Below are positions 50,517 through 62,415 of a stretch of DNA of 64,000 bases, in pieces (positions within the stretch are counted from its first letter, which is position 1; every line of letters starts with the position of its first letter). The notes below the pieces were generated by a model that had not been told where the DNA came from, ran no database searches, and worked only from the letters and a program-made list of their open reading frames with translations. Source of the DNA: Paraspadella gotoi. Lineage: Eukaryota > Animalia > Chaetognatha. The stretch lies in contig CM119265.1 of the NCBI GenBank assembly GCA_051294375.1, positions 4,161,025 through 4,225,024 of the forward strand, read 5' to 3'. A program made the position numbers and the translations under genes.

Positions 50517-52155
50517 TTTTAGTCGGACCTGCTTGTCAGCAGATCCTGACTCTATAATTCACATTGTCGGTCTGTCGGTCCACCCCCTCAATCTATATTC
50601 TATCATGTCAGAACATTGAATCATTATAAATTATGAAAAAAAAACGATGTCTGTACGTCCGTCCGTCTGTCTTCTCTGTCCGTCCCTCCCATCTTAGCAA
50701 AATACTCCAATTGCTCGTGATTGGATGGATGGATTTGAATGAAATTTCGTGTGTGGGTAAGGAAGTGTGTGATTGAGCTGGAAATGAGTTTAAATGAAAG
50801 AATCAAAAAAATCAATTTCACTATTTGAACCTCAATTACTCATGAGTGGACGAGGCGATTGACTTGAGATTTTGTATGTGGGTAGGAAAGTGTGTGATTA
50901 AGCTGGAAATCAAGTTTTGATGGAATTGTCTGAAAGGAAATAGAAATCTACTATGAAATTAAATTCAATATGGGCGGGGGTTCAAAACTTTAGTCTTGAA
51001 GTCTACATTCAGGTAAAAAAAAAATTTTTTTTAAAAAGTTTGATTTTTATGCTTTTATTGTTGCTATCAAAATTACAATATTACTATATCATCGCAGAGG
51101 AATCAAACTTAAAAGTCGGAATCGGATCGGCGACGCGAGAAGAAATTACAAGAGACTCTCTCATTGGTCAAACGACAAATGGTACCAGCCAATGGTCAGC
51201 TGTGCTTCTACCCAATGATAAAACATTTTTTAAATCAATGTTAATTTTTTTGATGGATTCTGATAGAGCATAAAAAGTTAAATAAAAAATATAAATACAA
51301 CTTTCAAATTTTTTTGTTTTCTTGGTCAAAATTAAGAAAAAAAATTATCGAAAGATGATGATGATAATGATGATTATAAATAGTTTTTCATATTTTTCAC
51401 CCACTTATGATCAAAATATCGAAAAAAGAATTATACTTTTTGCAAGCTTCCTGAACCTGATCGTAAAAATAAAAAAATCCTAAAAAATTTTTAGCCTTTC
51501 ATATTTATAAATAAATATTAAAAAAATAATATATGGAGTATGGAGTAAGATTAAAAATTTTTGTTTATTCAATTTTTTCTTTAATGTCTAAATTTTCGTT
51601 AGAGCAGGTGCTTAATTCAATTATCTTAACCACCTTACTGAGTTAGGCTCCCCCTAGTGGAAATGAGTTTAAATGGAAAAAACAAAAAACCTACTTCACT
51701 AATTGTTTATACTTCTTTTTCTTCTTAAATTAAATGTAAATGAAAGATGTAATTATTAATCAAATAATTATTCAATTAATTAATCAATTAGTCAAATAAT
51801 TAATAAATAATTATTTAATCGGTCAATTAATCAATCAATTATTCTTTCAATCAATTATTTAGTTATCTATTAATTAATTATTCAATCAATCAATTTATTC
51901 ATAAATTAATTAATTATTTAATCAATCAATCAATCAATCAAGTCAATCGTTATTGGCATTATTGTCGTCGTCCCCATAATCGTCGTCGTTGCTTTTGTTG
52001 TGGTCAGTGACGAAAAGACCTAAAAACAAACATTTCGGATCAAATTAATAAATTTATTAAAATATTATTTTAGTTTATATAGTTTGTATTAATTAATTAA
52101 TTAATTACCGCTTATGATCGTGAGCAGATCCGACATTGTTTGCTCAAACTTGTTT
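50517..52155 (+). mobile_element. HINE-like element split by a Helitron insertion
   Basis: 5' tttagtcggacctgc...gcagatcctgact. The body resumes at 51658 (tggaaatgagtttaaatgg) and ends gcagatccgacattgtttgctcaaacttgttt. Confidence 0.8.
50947..51657 (+). mobile_element. Non-autonomous Helitron (711 bp)
   Basis: Inserted between A and T. 5' TCTACTATGAAATT; 3' imperfect hairpin (ccttactgagttagg) then CTAG. No TSD. Interrupts the HINE consensus. Confidence 0.72.
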
Positions 52156-52285
52156 TTCCCCTAAATTTCTCAAACTTTTTCCCTTCTCAACCGTCGATCT
52201 CTATTTCCTTTAATTTCCTTTTTTTTTTCTCCGTCAAAGCAACAACGACAAACAACAACAACAACGCGACAAAAAAAAGAAAAAA

Positions 52286-52639
52286 ATGCAGAGCCACAGA
52301 AATCACGTGACCCCAGAAGAGCTTCGGGGTCGAGTTTGACCGACAGAGCGAAACGGATTTGGGTCAAGAAATTCCGCCATTCCTCACATTCTTTCTCTTC
52401 GCCCCCCCCAATTCTACCACCTCTACCCCCACCCTTTCCCCAACCCCCCAGCCGACGCCGACGCCCGACCGCCCTCCTCTCAGCCTCCGCGCGCGGATCG
52501 CTCCGTCGTTTCTCCGTCGTCCACTCGTTCCTCAAGTCTTTCCCCGAGTGCCTCGAGGATTTCGTCTACAACCACGTCGGCGTCGAGGATCTGGAGAGGC
52601 TGCTCATCCGAAAGACTCACCGACAGACCCAGTTCCTGG
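52286..52639 (+). CDS. PDE10A: PDE10A-like phosphodiesterase, N-terminal exon (5' boundary uncertain, probable indel)
   Basis: VHSFLKSFPECLEDFVYNHVGVEDLERLLIRK resembles the PDE10 N-terminal motif (YL..HP..L.EFV...V..E..E.WL.RK). Donor CTGG|gtgag. Confidence 0.7.
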
Positions 52640-53467
52640 GTGAGGTCGATTTGGGGGGGGGGAAGGAGGAGGAGGAGGAAGAGAGTAGTATAGGGACTAT
52701 ACTACTAAGAGGAGGCGGAGTAGTATAGGGAGAGCGTGTGAAGAGCATTGGGTCACTATCGAGTTGTATTGATTCTTTCATTGTTTTTTCCGAGTTAAGA
52801 AAGATTTAGATAAACTAATTGATTTTTGAATTGATTGCTTGTCTCACTGACGTGATTTGTTTTAAAAATTTCGATAGGTTTTGTAAGAATTTTATACGNN
52901 NNNNNNNNNNNNNNNNNNNNNNNNNNNNNNNNNNNNNNNNNNNNNNNNNNNNNNNNNNNNNNNNNNNNNNNNNNNNNNNNNNNNNNNNNNNNNNNNNNNN
53001 NNNNNNNNNNNNNNNNNNNNNNNNNNNNNNNNNNNNNNNNNNNNNNNNNNNNNNNNNNNNNNNNNNNNNNNNNNNNNNNNNNNNNNNNNNNNNNNNNNNN
53101 NNNNNNNNNNNNNNNNNNNNNNNNNNNNNNNNNNNNNNNNNNNNNNNNNNNNNNNNNNNNNNNNNNNNNNNNNNNNNNNNNNNNNNNNNNNNNNNNNNNN
53201 NNNNNNNNNNNNNNNNNNNNNNNNNNNNNNNNNNNNNNNNNNNNNNNNNNNNNNNNNNNNNNNNNNNNNNNNNNNNNNNNNNNNNNNNNNNNNNNNNNNN
53301 NNNNNNNNNNNNNNNNNNNNNNNNNNNNNNNNNNNNNNNNNNNNNNNNNNNNNNNNNNNNNNNNNNNNNNNNNNNNNNNNNNNNNNNNNNNNNNNNNNNN
53401 NNNNNNNNNNNNNNNNNNNNNNNNNNNNNNNNNNNNNNNNNNNNNNNNNNNNNNNNNNNNNNNNNNN

Positions 53468-53703
53468 CCCGCCTCAGGCGCCGACGAAGGCAACGCGGAA
53501 ACGACGCCGGAGTCCGACGCCGCCGAGAGAAGACGCGACGCCGGCGACGCCTCCGCCGACGCGGCCACGCCCACTTCCGTTAAATCGGCGTCGCGGAGTC
53601 GACTTCTCGTGGACGGGACTGTCCACACGCATCGGAGTTTGACGCAGACAGACGTGGCAACGATCGTCAACGGAGGAGACAAGAAAAGACTCAGTCTCTC
53701 GAG
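53468..53703 (+). CDS. PDE10A: PDE10A-like exon (acceptor near the N gap); ASGADEGNAETTPES...GGDKKRLSLS
   Basis: Open frame ending TCG AG|gt. Joins 59818 in phase 2 to give KKRLSLSRWKFCVHADK. Confidence 0.75.
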
Positions 53704-54404
53704 GTCGTGGCTTGTTTTGTTTTGTTTGCTTTGTTTGTTTTGTTTGTAAGTTTGTTTTGTTTGTTTTATTTGTTTGTTTTGTTTGTTTTGTTTGTTTGGT
53801 TTTGTTTGTTTTTTGTTTTCTTCGTTAGTTTGTTTCTTGTTTTGTATTTTTTGTCTGTTTGGAATTGTGTTAAAAATCCTTGGAACTTTTTTTATCCTTT
53901 ACTTTTACGTTTTCTGCTTTCGTTATCAGCGAACCTCTTTTCTTTTTTTCTTTTCTTCCTTTCTTTTTCTTTTTCTTTCTCTTTTACTCTTTTTTTTCTT
54001 TTTCTTTTCTCTTTTTCTTCTTTTCTTATTTATTTTTCTTTTCTTTTCTTTTTCTTCTTCTTTTTTTCTTTTCTTTTCTTCTTTTCTTTTTCTTTCTTTT
54101 TNNNNNNNNNNNNNNNNNNNNNNNNNAGCAATGACGACAATGAGAAGTAATTCCGATAATGGGTTGTCTTGATTGATTGATTGAATAATTAATTATAGAT
54201 AAAATAAATGATTTTATTTGCAATAATTAATTAATAGATTAATTAACTGATTATTTTATTTGATTAATAAATACATCTTGCATTTTACATTTAATATTTT
54301 AAAAGAAAAAGAAGCATAATTAATTAGAAAAACAGGTTTTTTGTTTTTTCCATTAAACTCATTATCCACTCAAACGATTACCATCGCAACTTGATTTTCA
54401 GCTT

Positions 54405-56197
54405 TTGATGCGATTTCTGATAGAGCATAAAAAAGTTAAATAAAAAATATAAATACAAAACTTTCAAATTTTTTTGTTATTTCTTGGTCAAAATTTAAGA
54501 AAAAAAGATTATTCGAAAATGATGATGATAATGGATGATATAAATAGTTTTTTCATATTATTTCACCCCACTTATGATCAAAAATATCGAAAAAGAGAAT
54601 TATACTTTGCAAGCTTCCTGAACCTGATCCTTAAAAATAAAAAAATCCTAAAAAATTCTTAGCCCTTCATATATAAATAAATATTAAAAATTAATATATA
54701 TATGGTAATTGGAGTAATTAAAAATTTTGTTTATTCAATTTTTTCTTTAATGTCTAAATTTTCGTTAGAGCAGGTGCGCTTTAATTCAATTATCTTAACC
54801 AGCTTACTTGAGTTAGGCTCCCCCTAGTGGAAATGAGTGTTAAATGCGAAAAAACAAAAACCTACTTCACTAATGTTTATACTTCTTTTTCTTCTTAAAT
54901 AAATTAAATGAAAGATTAATTATTAATCAAAATTATCAATTAATTAATCAATTTAGTCAAATAATTAATAAAATAATTATTTAATCGCGGGGGCGCTTCA
55001 ATAATTCAATCAATTATTCTTTCAATCAGATTTATTTAGTTATCTATTAATTTAATTATTCAATCAATCAATTTCATTCATAAATTAATTAATATTTAAT
55101 TCAATCAATCAATCCAATCAAGTCAATCGTTATCGGCATTATTGTCGTCGTCCCATAATCTCGTCGTTGCTTTTGTATGTCGGTCAGCTTGATCGAAAAG
55201 ACCTTGAAAAACAAAACATTTCGGATCAAAATTAATTAAATTTATTAAAATATTATTTTAGAGTTTATATAGTTTGTAAATTAATTAATTAATTTAACTT
55301 ACCGCTATTGATCGGTGGCAAGATCCGACATGTTTGCTTCAAACTTGTTTTCCCCTAAATTTCTCAAACTTTTTCCTTCTCAAACCGTCGATCTCTATTT
55401 CCTTTAATTCACTTTTTTTTTCTCCGTTCAAAGCAACAACGACAACAACAACAACACAACGCGACAAAAAAAAAAAAAAATGCAAGAGCCACAGAAATCA
55501 CACCAGAAGAGCTTCGGGGTCGGTTTGACCCGGACAGAGGCGAAACGGATTTGGGTCAAGAAATTCCGCCATTCCTCACATTGCCTATTCTCTTCCCCCC
55601 CAATTCTAACCCCCTCTACCCCCCCCTTTCCCCAACCCCCAGCCGACGCCGACGTCCCGACGCCCTCCTCTTCAGCCTCCCGCGCGGGATCGCTCCCTCG
55701 GTTTCTCCGTCGTCCACTCGTTCCTCAAGTCTTTCCCGAGTGCCTCGAGATTTACGTCTACAAACGCACGTCGGCGTCGAGGATCTGGAGAGGTCGGCCA
55801 TCGAAAGGACTCACCGACAGACCCAGTTCCTGGGTGAGGGTCGATTTGGGGGGGCGAGGAGAGAAGGAGGAAGAGAGTAGATAGGGCTCACAAGAGGAGG
55901 CGGAGTTAGATTAGAAGTGATAGACATTTGGGTTCACTATCGAGTTGTATTTTGATTCTTTCATTGTTTTTTCCGAGTTTAAGAAAGATTTAGATAAACA
56001 TATATGATTTTTTGAATTTTGATTGCTTGCAGTCTCCACTGACTGATTTGTTTTTGGAAAATTTAGATAGTTTTGTTAAGAATTTTTTACGTGCCTTCCT
56101 CCTTTCTCTTTATACGTATGTCTCTCTGTCTCTCAGACTCTCTCGTGGTGTAGTCTCTAGTCAGTCATGTAGTGTGATGTCTGTCTTTCTGTAGGTT

Positions 56198-56259
<62 letters not shown>

Positions 56260-56381
56260 TTCTCTCTTCTGCTCTCTCTCCTCTGCTCTCTATCTTCCTC
56301 TCTCTACTCTTCTCTCTCTCCTTTCTCTCTCTCTTCGTCTCTCCTCTCTTCTCTGCCTTTTTCTCTTCCTCTTATCTCTCT

Positions 56382-56412
<31 letters not shown>

Positions 56413-57840
56413 CGTCTCTCTCTCTCTCTCTCTATTCTCTCTCTCTCTCTCTCTCTCTCTTTTCTACTCTCTCTCCTCTTGCTCTCTCTCCTCTCTCTCA
56501 CTTCTCTCTCCTCCCTCCCTCACTCCTTCGCCATCAAAACCCTTTCTGCCCCGCCTTCCAGGCGCCGACCGAACGGCAACCGGAAACGACGGCCGGAGAT
56601 CCGGACGCGCCAGTGAGAAGACGCGACGACCGGCGACGCCTTCCCGCCGACGCGGCCACGCCCACTTTCCGGTTTAAATCGGCGTCGCTCGGAAGTTCGA
56701 CTTCCGTGACGGGACTGTCCACACCGCATCGGAGTTTGACGCAGACAGACGTAGGCAACGTATCGTCACGGAGGAGGACAAGAAAAGACTCAGTCTCTCG
56801 AGGTCGTCGGCCTTGTTTTTGTTTTGTTTGCTTTTTGTTTGTTTTGTTTTGTTGTTTTTTGTGTTTTTTTTTTGTTTTGTGTAGTTTGTTTTTGTGAAGT
56901 TTTGTTTTGGGATGTGGTTTGTTTTTTATTTTATTTTTTTATTTCTGTTGTTGTTTGTAATGTTGTTTGTTGTTTGTTTATTTGTTTGTTTGTTTTTTTG
57001 TTGTATTGCTTTGTTTGTTTTGGTTTTAGTTTTGTGTTTGTTTTTGTAAGTGTTTTTTGTTTATTTAGTTTTTCTCGTTAGTTGTGTTTTCTTGTTTTGT
57101 ATTTTTTGTCTCAGTTTGGAATGTTCGTTAAAAAATCCTTGAACTTTTTTACCTTTACTTTTACGTTTTTCTGCTTTCGTTATCAGCGAACCTCTTTTTC
57201 TTTTTTTCTTTTCTTCCTTATCTTTTTCGTTTTTCTTTATCTCTTTACTCTTTTTTTTCTTTTTTCTTTTCTCTTTTTCTTCTTTCTTATTTATTTTTTT
57301 CTTTTTCTTTTCTTTTTCTTCTTTCTTTTTCTTTTCCCTCTTTTCTTTTTTTTTCTCTTTTTTTTTCTTTTCTTCTTTTTCCTTTTTCTTTTCTTTCTTT
57401 TTCTTTCTACTTTTATTTTTCTTTTTTTTTTCTCTTTTTCTTCTTTTTCTATTTTTCTTTTTTCTTCTTTATCATTTCTTCTTTTCTTTTCTTTTTCTTC
57501 TCTTTTTTCTTTTTTTTCATCTTTTATCTTCTTTTTTCTTTTTTTCTTTTTTTCTTTTCTTTTCTTCTTTTCCTTTTCTTTTCTTCTTTTCTTTTTCTCT
57601 TCTTTTTTCTCTCTTTTATTATTTTCTTCTTTCTCCTTTTCTTTCTTTTTCTCTTTTCTTTTCTTTCTTCTTTTCTTTTTTTTTTCTTTTCTTCTTTCTC
57701 ATTTCTTTTTCTTTTTTTCTTTTTCTCTTTTTTTCTCTTTTTTCCTTTTCTTCTTTCTCCTTTTCTTCTTTTCTTTTCTTCTTTTTCTTTTTCTTCCTCC
57801 TTTTTTTCTCTTCTTTTTCTTCTTTCTTTTTCTTTTTTCT
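54405..57840 (+). repeat. Very error-rich tandem duplicate of ~51250-54100, including broken copies of PDE exons (55480-55833, ~56545-56803)
   Basis: Colinear with 51250-54100 but with dense random indels typical of an unpolished long read. Confidence 0.88.
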
Positions 57841-57899
57841 TTGTTTAGTAGACATTGTATTATTTTCTCTCGTTTTCGTTGCTAAGTGAATATTAGGAA

Positions 57900-58590
57900 T
57901 TGCTTATTCAGGCCAAAGAGATATTAGAGTGGCACTTCTAGGTATTTTCCCGAGCCGCCGGTCTTTACCTGACCCCATGATATTCCACTCACAAAGAATA
58001 TTTCTCTCAGTCAGTATGGACAAGCCAATGACCCGATCATATCGTCAGTCCGTCCCACCTTTGTGCCACCCGGGGGGGGCCAGCTCACTTTGAGCTCTTT
58101 CTTCTCTTAATATATTTCACTTAACGTATTATTAGCTATTCCCTCACCAACCTATTTCCTCCATTTCATTTCAGATCAGTATTACTTATTTAACGGTTTA
58201 GTTAATGTCAAAATCTCAGCTGTTAATTTCTAAGTTTTCTAAATTTATCTGTTTGTTGTACATTGTCAAATGTTAATTATTTCTCTCTCTCTGGCTCTCT
58301 CTCTCCTTTCACTTTTCACCAATTTCAAAATTATCTCTTCTCTGCTTCTTAACCTTTGCACACCCTGTCCTCTGCATCTGGCCACTGGTCCTTTACTCAG
58401 CCCTTTGTTGGAAACTCTCCCTTTCAATCTCTCTAACTCTCTTCTCTCTCTGCTCTCCCTCTCTCTCTCTCTCTAACGTTAATGTGTATGCAGCATTTTT
58501 GATAATGTTTTTCAAAGCTGATGGAAGAACTCGAATCAACAGAGTCGAAACATGTACTATGAAAATAAAAGATCGAGTTTGTATTTGGCA
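57900..58590 (+). mobile_element. Divergent Penelope-like/retrozyme-like repeat with degenerate hammerhead (58518-58556), in a PDE intron
   Basis: Colinear with 47652-48340 inverted. The motif reads CTGATGGAAGAACTC-GAATCAACA-GAGTCGAAACATGTA. Confidence 0.55.
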
Positions 58591-58855
58591 AACAATAAAC
58601 AATTCCTAATATTTTTCTTTGTTCTTATTCTTTTTTTCTTCTTTTCTTCTTTCTGTTCTTTTCTTTTTCTTTTCTTCTTTTCTTTTCTTTCTCTTTAATT
58701 TTTCTTTTCTTCTTTGCTTTTTTTTTTTACTTTTTTTCTTTTCATTTTCTTTTTATTTTTATTTTTACTTTCCTACTATTTTAGTTTTTTTAATTTGGAT
58801 GAAATCTTGAATTAAGATTTGTCGGACTTGCAGAAGGAAAGAGGAAGATGGAGAA

Positions 58856-58899
<44 letters not shown>

Positions 58900-59420
58900 A
58901 GGAATAAAAGCAAGGTCGCGATAGACAAAATGCAATAGTGTCACTTAACCGAAAAGAAAAAAAAGGTAAAAAGGAACACGAAGGAAACAGAAAATAGTTT
59001 TAAAAGGAAGGAAAAAAAATTGATGCGCTTCTCAAGAATCCAACGAGACGTCAAAACCTTTTTCCTTTTTTTTCTTCTTTTCCTTTCTTCTTTTCGTTGC
59101 AGAAGAGCAAATGTTTTTTTGCGACTTAATTGTCGCGGAAAAAAAAATAAAAAGAGGAAATTGTCGGCGAGACACGGAAATGGGGAGTGTGTGAGAGACA
59201 GAGAGAAAGAAAGTAAGAGAGAGAAAAAGAGAGAGAGAGAGAGAAAGAGAAATAAAGAAAGAGAGAGAGAGAGAGAGAAAAGAGAGAGAGAGAGAAGAGA
59301 AAAGAAAGAAGAGAGAGAGAAGAGAGAGAGACAAAGATAGTACATTATAAAATAGGAGAAAATGAGAAATTGAGAAAGTTGAGATGAGAGAGGAAAGAGA
59401 GAGAGAGATAAAGTGAGAAG

Positions 59421-59460
<40 letters not shown>

Positions 59461-59817
59461 GAGAGGGATGAGAGAGAGAGAGGGAGAGAGAGGGAAGGGG
59501 AGAGAGATAGTACAATATAAAAAAGGAGAAAATGAGAAAGTGAGAAAGTGAGATTTGGTGAAAATAAATCCAGCTCTAGATTTTTTATCACTTCTCAATT
59601 TGACAAGAGTTTTCTGCAAAAAAGAAAAATTTTCTAATTCTCTCTTATATTATTATCTCTTTTAATCTCTTAGTCTCTACTTTTCAACTTCTTTTAAACT
59701 TTAATTTAATTCCTAAGTTTGTCAAATATTTTGGGTGTAACGCTATTATATATTTTATACTATTTTGATATCATTTTCTATAATTTCCAGTTCCATTTTC
59801 CAATCCCCCTTATTCAG

Positions 59818-59896
59818 ATGGAAGTTTTGCGTTCACGCTGACAAACGGAAGATGTTGCAACAACTGACGAAGGAAATCACAGACTATCACAACAAG
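59818..59896 (+). CDS. PDE10A: PDE10A-like exon (WKFCVHADKRKMLQQLTKEITDYHNK)
   Basis: ttattcag acceptor, AAG|gt donor. The 'SRWKFCVHADK' motif is recalled from invertebrate PDE10. Confidence 0.88.
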
Positions 59897-60421
59897 GTTG
59901 TTATTACTTTATTTAAGATACATTTTAGCTCATATAAAAACAATTCAGTCATAAACAATTTTTTAAAAAATAAAAATTTTTCTCCCTTCGTTTTTTTCCT
60001 GAAAACAAACCTCGAAAAATAAAAGGGTCAAACCTTTTCAATGGTACATATTAAAAAAGTTTTAGAACCCAACTTTTTAAAAAAAATATTACACAAGTAT
60101 TTTTTTTCTTATTTTAAGGGTAAAGCATATGGGAGATTCATGCTTTATAGATCAATTATTTATTCACCCTGTATTTTTTATTTTTCTTTTTTTTTTATTA
60201 TTCCCCCCCCCCGGACATCCGATCTTTCAAATAAATCTCTTTTGTTTTTTTTTTCACTCCCATCCGCTCGACCGTTAACCACCTTCCACCCCCTCAAACC
60301 CCGTTTCTCCCTGTTCCACCCTTTAAAACCCCTTCCACCCCCTCAAACCCGTTCCTCCCTTTAAATCCCCCTTCCACCCCCCTCAAACCTCCCTTAAAAC
60401 CCTTCCAACCCGCGATCCAAG

Positions 60422-60708
60422 GTCCGCGTGTTGGTGGAGCTAAGCGACTGCATCTCTTCAGCCGTCAACGCCGACGGTTATCACCTTTACTTCCTCAACG
60501 ACTCTAAAGACACTCTGCACCGATGGTCGGCGGAACAGCTCGTCGCCGCCGCCGCCGCCGCCGCGTCGTCGTCGTCCGCCGCCGCTGCTCCGTCGGCCAC
60601 CGATCTCCACCTGCCCGTCGCCAGCGGCACCACCGTGCCCGCCTTCGTCGCCGCCACCAAACAGACGGTGCTGCTCAAGAAGTTGGACGACGTCCGGAGA
60701 GACGGAAG
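60422..60708 (+). CDS. PDE10A: PDE10A-like GAF-A exon (VRVLVELSDCISSAVNADGYHLYFL...GTTVPAFVAATKQT...DG)
   Basis: Phase-0 acceptor, AG|gtgag donor, GAF motifs (ADG..LY, GTTV..FVA). Confidence 0.9.
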
Positions 60709-61223
60709 GTGAGCGTTGGCTGCTGCGGGGTCCGGGAGCCGTGATAGCAATAGGATTAGGGCGGTTTTCCTTCAAAGATCAAAAATCCAAATGACCAAAA
60801 TGACGATAGGGCTTCTTTAATGAATCACAATCAGGTATGGCAAATTTGGTTTTTCAAGAGTAAGAAAAAAATTACCTTAAAGAAATGTAGAATTTGAGTC
60901 GAAAACATCTCTAACCATTTAAAATAATCTCCTTTCCCCAAAAAAAATATCAAATGAGCGATTCAGATAATAAACGGATAATAAACAAATAATAAACAGA
61001 TAATAAACAGATAATAAACGTTTATTCATTTATATAGTTTATTTATTTTGCTCCAAAATGGATACTAATTACTTTAAAAATCCATCCAAATAACAACCGT
61101 AAATTGTAAATTAGGTTAAAAATAAACAGAGCGAAAAAAAACTAATGGTATTTTCTTTATCATCGATTTGTTCCTCTTTCTCTCCTCCACCTCCCTCTTT
61201 TCTTTCTCCCCACCCACCAAAAG

Positions 61224-61547
61224 ATTCCCAGAGGGCGTTGGCGGCGGCGCCAACGTCACGGAATGGGCCACGTCCGTTTTGTGTCAACCCATTTTTCAAT
61301 CGGACGGCGAACTCATCGGTGTGCTGGAATTGCTGCGAGGCCGCGGCGGCGCGGCGGGTGAAGCTTCTGCGGCGCCGACGCTAGGAAGAACGGAATCGAC
61401 GGCGTCGGAGAACGTGTTCGTCGACGGACCCGGCGCCGGGTCTGTGTCAGCGCCGTCGGCGGCGTCGACATCGACGGCGCCGTTGACGCCGGATTTCAAG
61501 CTGCGGGAAGAACCGTTTGCGGAGGAAGACGAAGAAATCACCGGAAG
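61224..61547 (+). CDS. PDE10A: PDE10A-like GAF-A exon (RFPEGV...SVLCQPIFQSDGELIGVLELLR...EPFAEEDEEITG)
   Basis: Phase-2 splice continuity. Carries the GAF motifs D.RF, SVLC.PI, G.LIGVLEL and F..EDEE. Confidence 0.92.
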
Positions 61548-61651
61548 GTTCGGTTGGTTGTTGTTATGGTTTGTTGTTGTTGTTGTCTCACCATTGTGGA
61601 ATATTTTTTAGTGTCAGCGCGTAATCCAATCGCGAGAGAGAATCGTAGATA

Positions 61652-62415
61652 CAGATCTGCTCAAAAAAAAGTTTAATAGTTATGCTAAAAGCATTTTATT
61701 TCGTTATTTGAAGGAATATAGTACTTTTTAGGACTCAGTTAGTTAATACGTTGTCAGACCACTATTTGCTTCCAGCACCACCTCCCTGCAAAGAGGGATA
61801 GAGTTGTAGGGGTTGCACAAATATGAAGGGTTCAGCTCTTGACTGTCATGGCGTTATACTACAAAATATCCTTTTTCATCCTTGACCTAACATTTTTGAT
61901 GAAGTTGCAGTCAGGTGAGTTTCCGGGCCAACATTGAGCACCTCGATCCCATTTTCCTCATGTCATTTTCGAGTGGTTTTAGCTTTNNNNNNNNNNAAAC
62001 TTCAAAACAGCTTTCCTTTTGGGTATCAGCTGTTTTGAAGTTTCCATGGTAAAAAAACCAAAAAAAAACAAATAACAAAAATGGATAAAAAAATTTTTTC
62101 CGCAAAAAAAAGGAAATTGTAAGACAAAATTTCGATCCTTTTTNNNNNNNNNNNNNNNNNNNNNNNNNNNNNNNNNNNNNNNNNNNNNNNNNNNNNNNNN
62201 NNNNNNNNNNNNNNNNNNNNNNNNNNNNNNNNNNNNNNNNNNNNNNNNNNNNNNNNNNNNNNNNNNNNNNNNNNNNNNNNNNNNNNNNNNNNNNNNNNNN
62301 NNNNNNNNNNNNNNNNNNNNNNNNNNNNNNNNNNNNNNTAAAAACCTCGTCATGGGACGACAGAAAAGCGAGATAGTAGAGGGTTCAAAGTTTAAACTTT
62401 TTTTGAGCAGATCTG
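61652..62415 (-). mobile_element. Independent, diverged Tc1-type copy in a PDE intron (contains N gaps)
   Basis: TA|CAGATCTGCTCAAAAAA ... TTTTTGAGCAGATCTG|TA. The interior is similar to 45643-46631 reversed. Confidence 0.88.

Noticed and set aside
52795-53682. ORFs spanning N runs (also 34375-34829, 61979-62753)
   Set aside because: They are open only because the gaps contain no stop codons.
57082-57885. 267-aa Phe/Leu/Ser-rich 'membrane protein' ORF and similar ORFs (18390-18938, 53707-54172, 58941-59619, (ER)n ORFs)
   Set aside because: These are translations of T/C-rich low-complexity and (AG)n microsatellite tracts.
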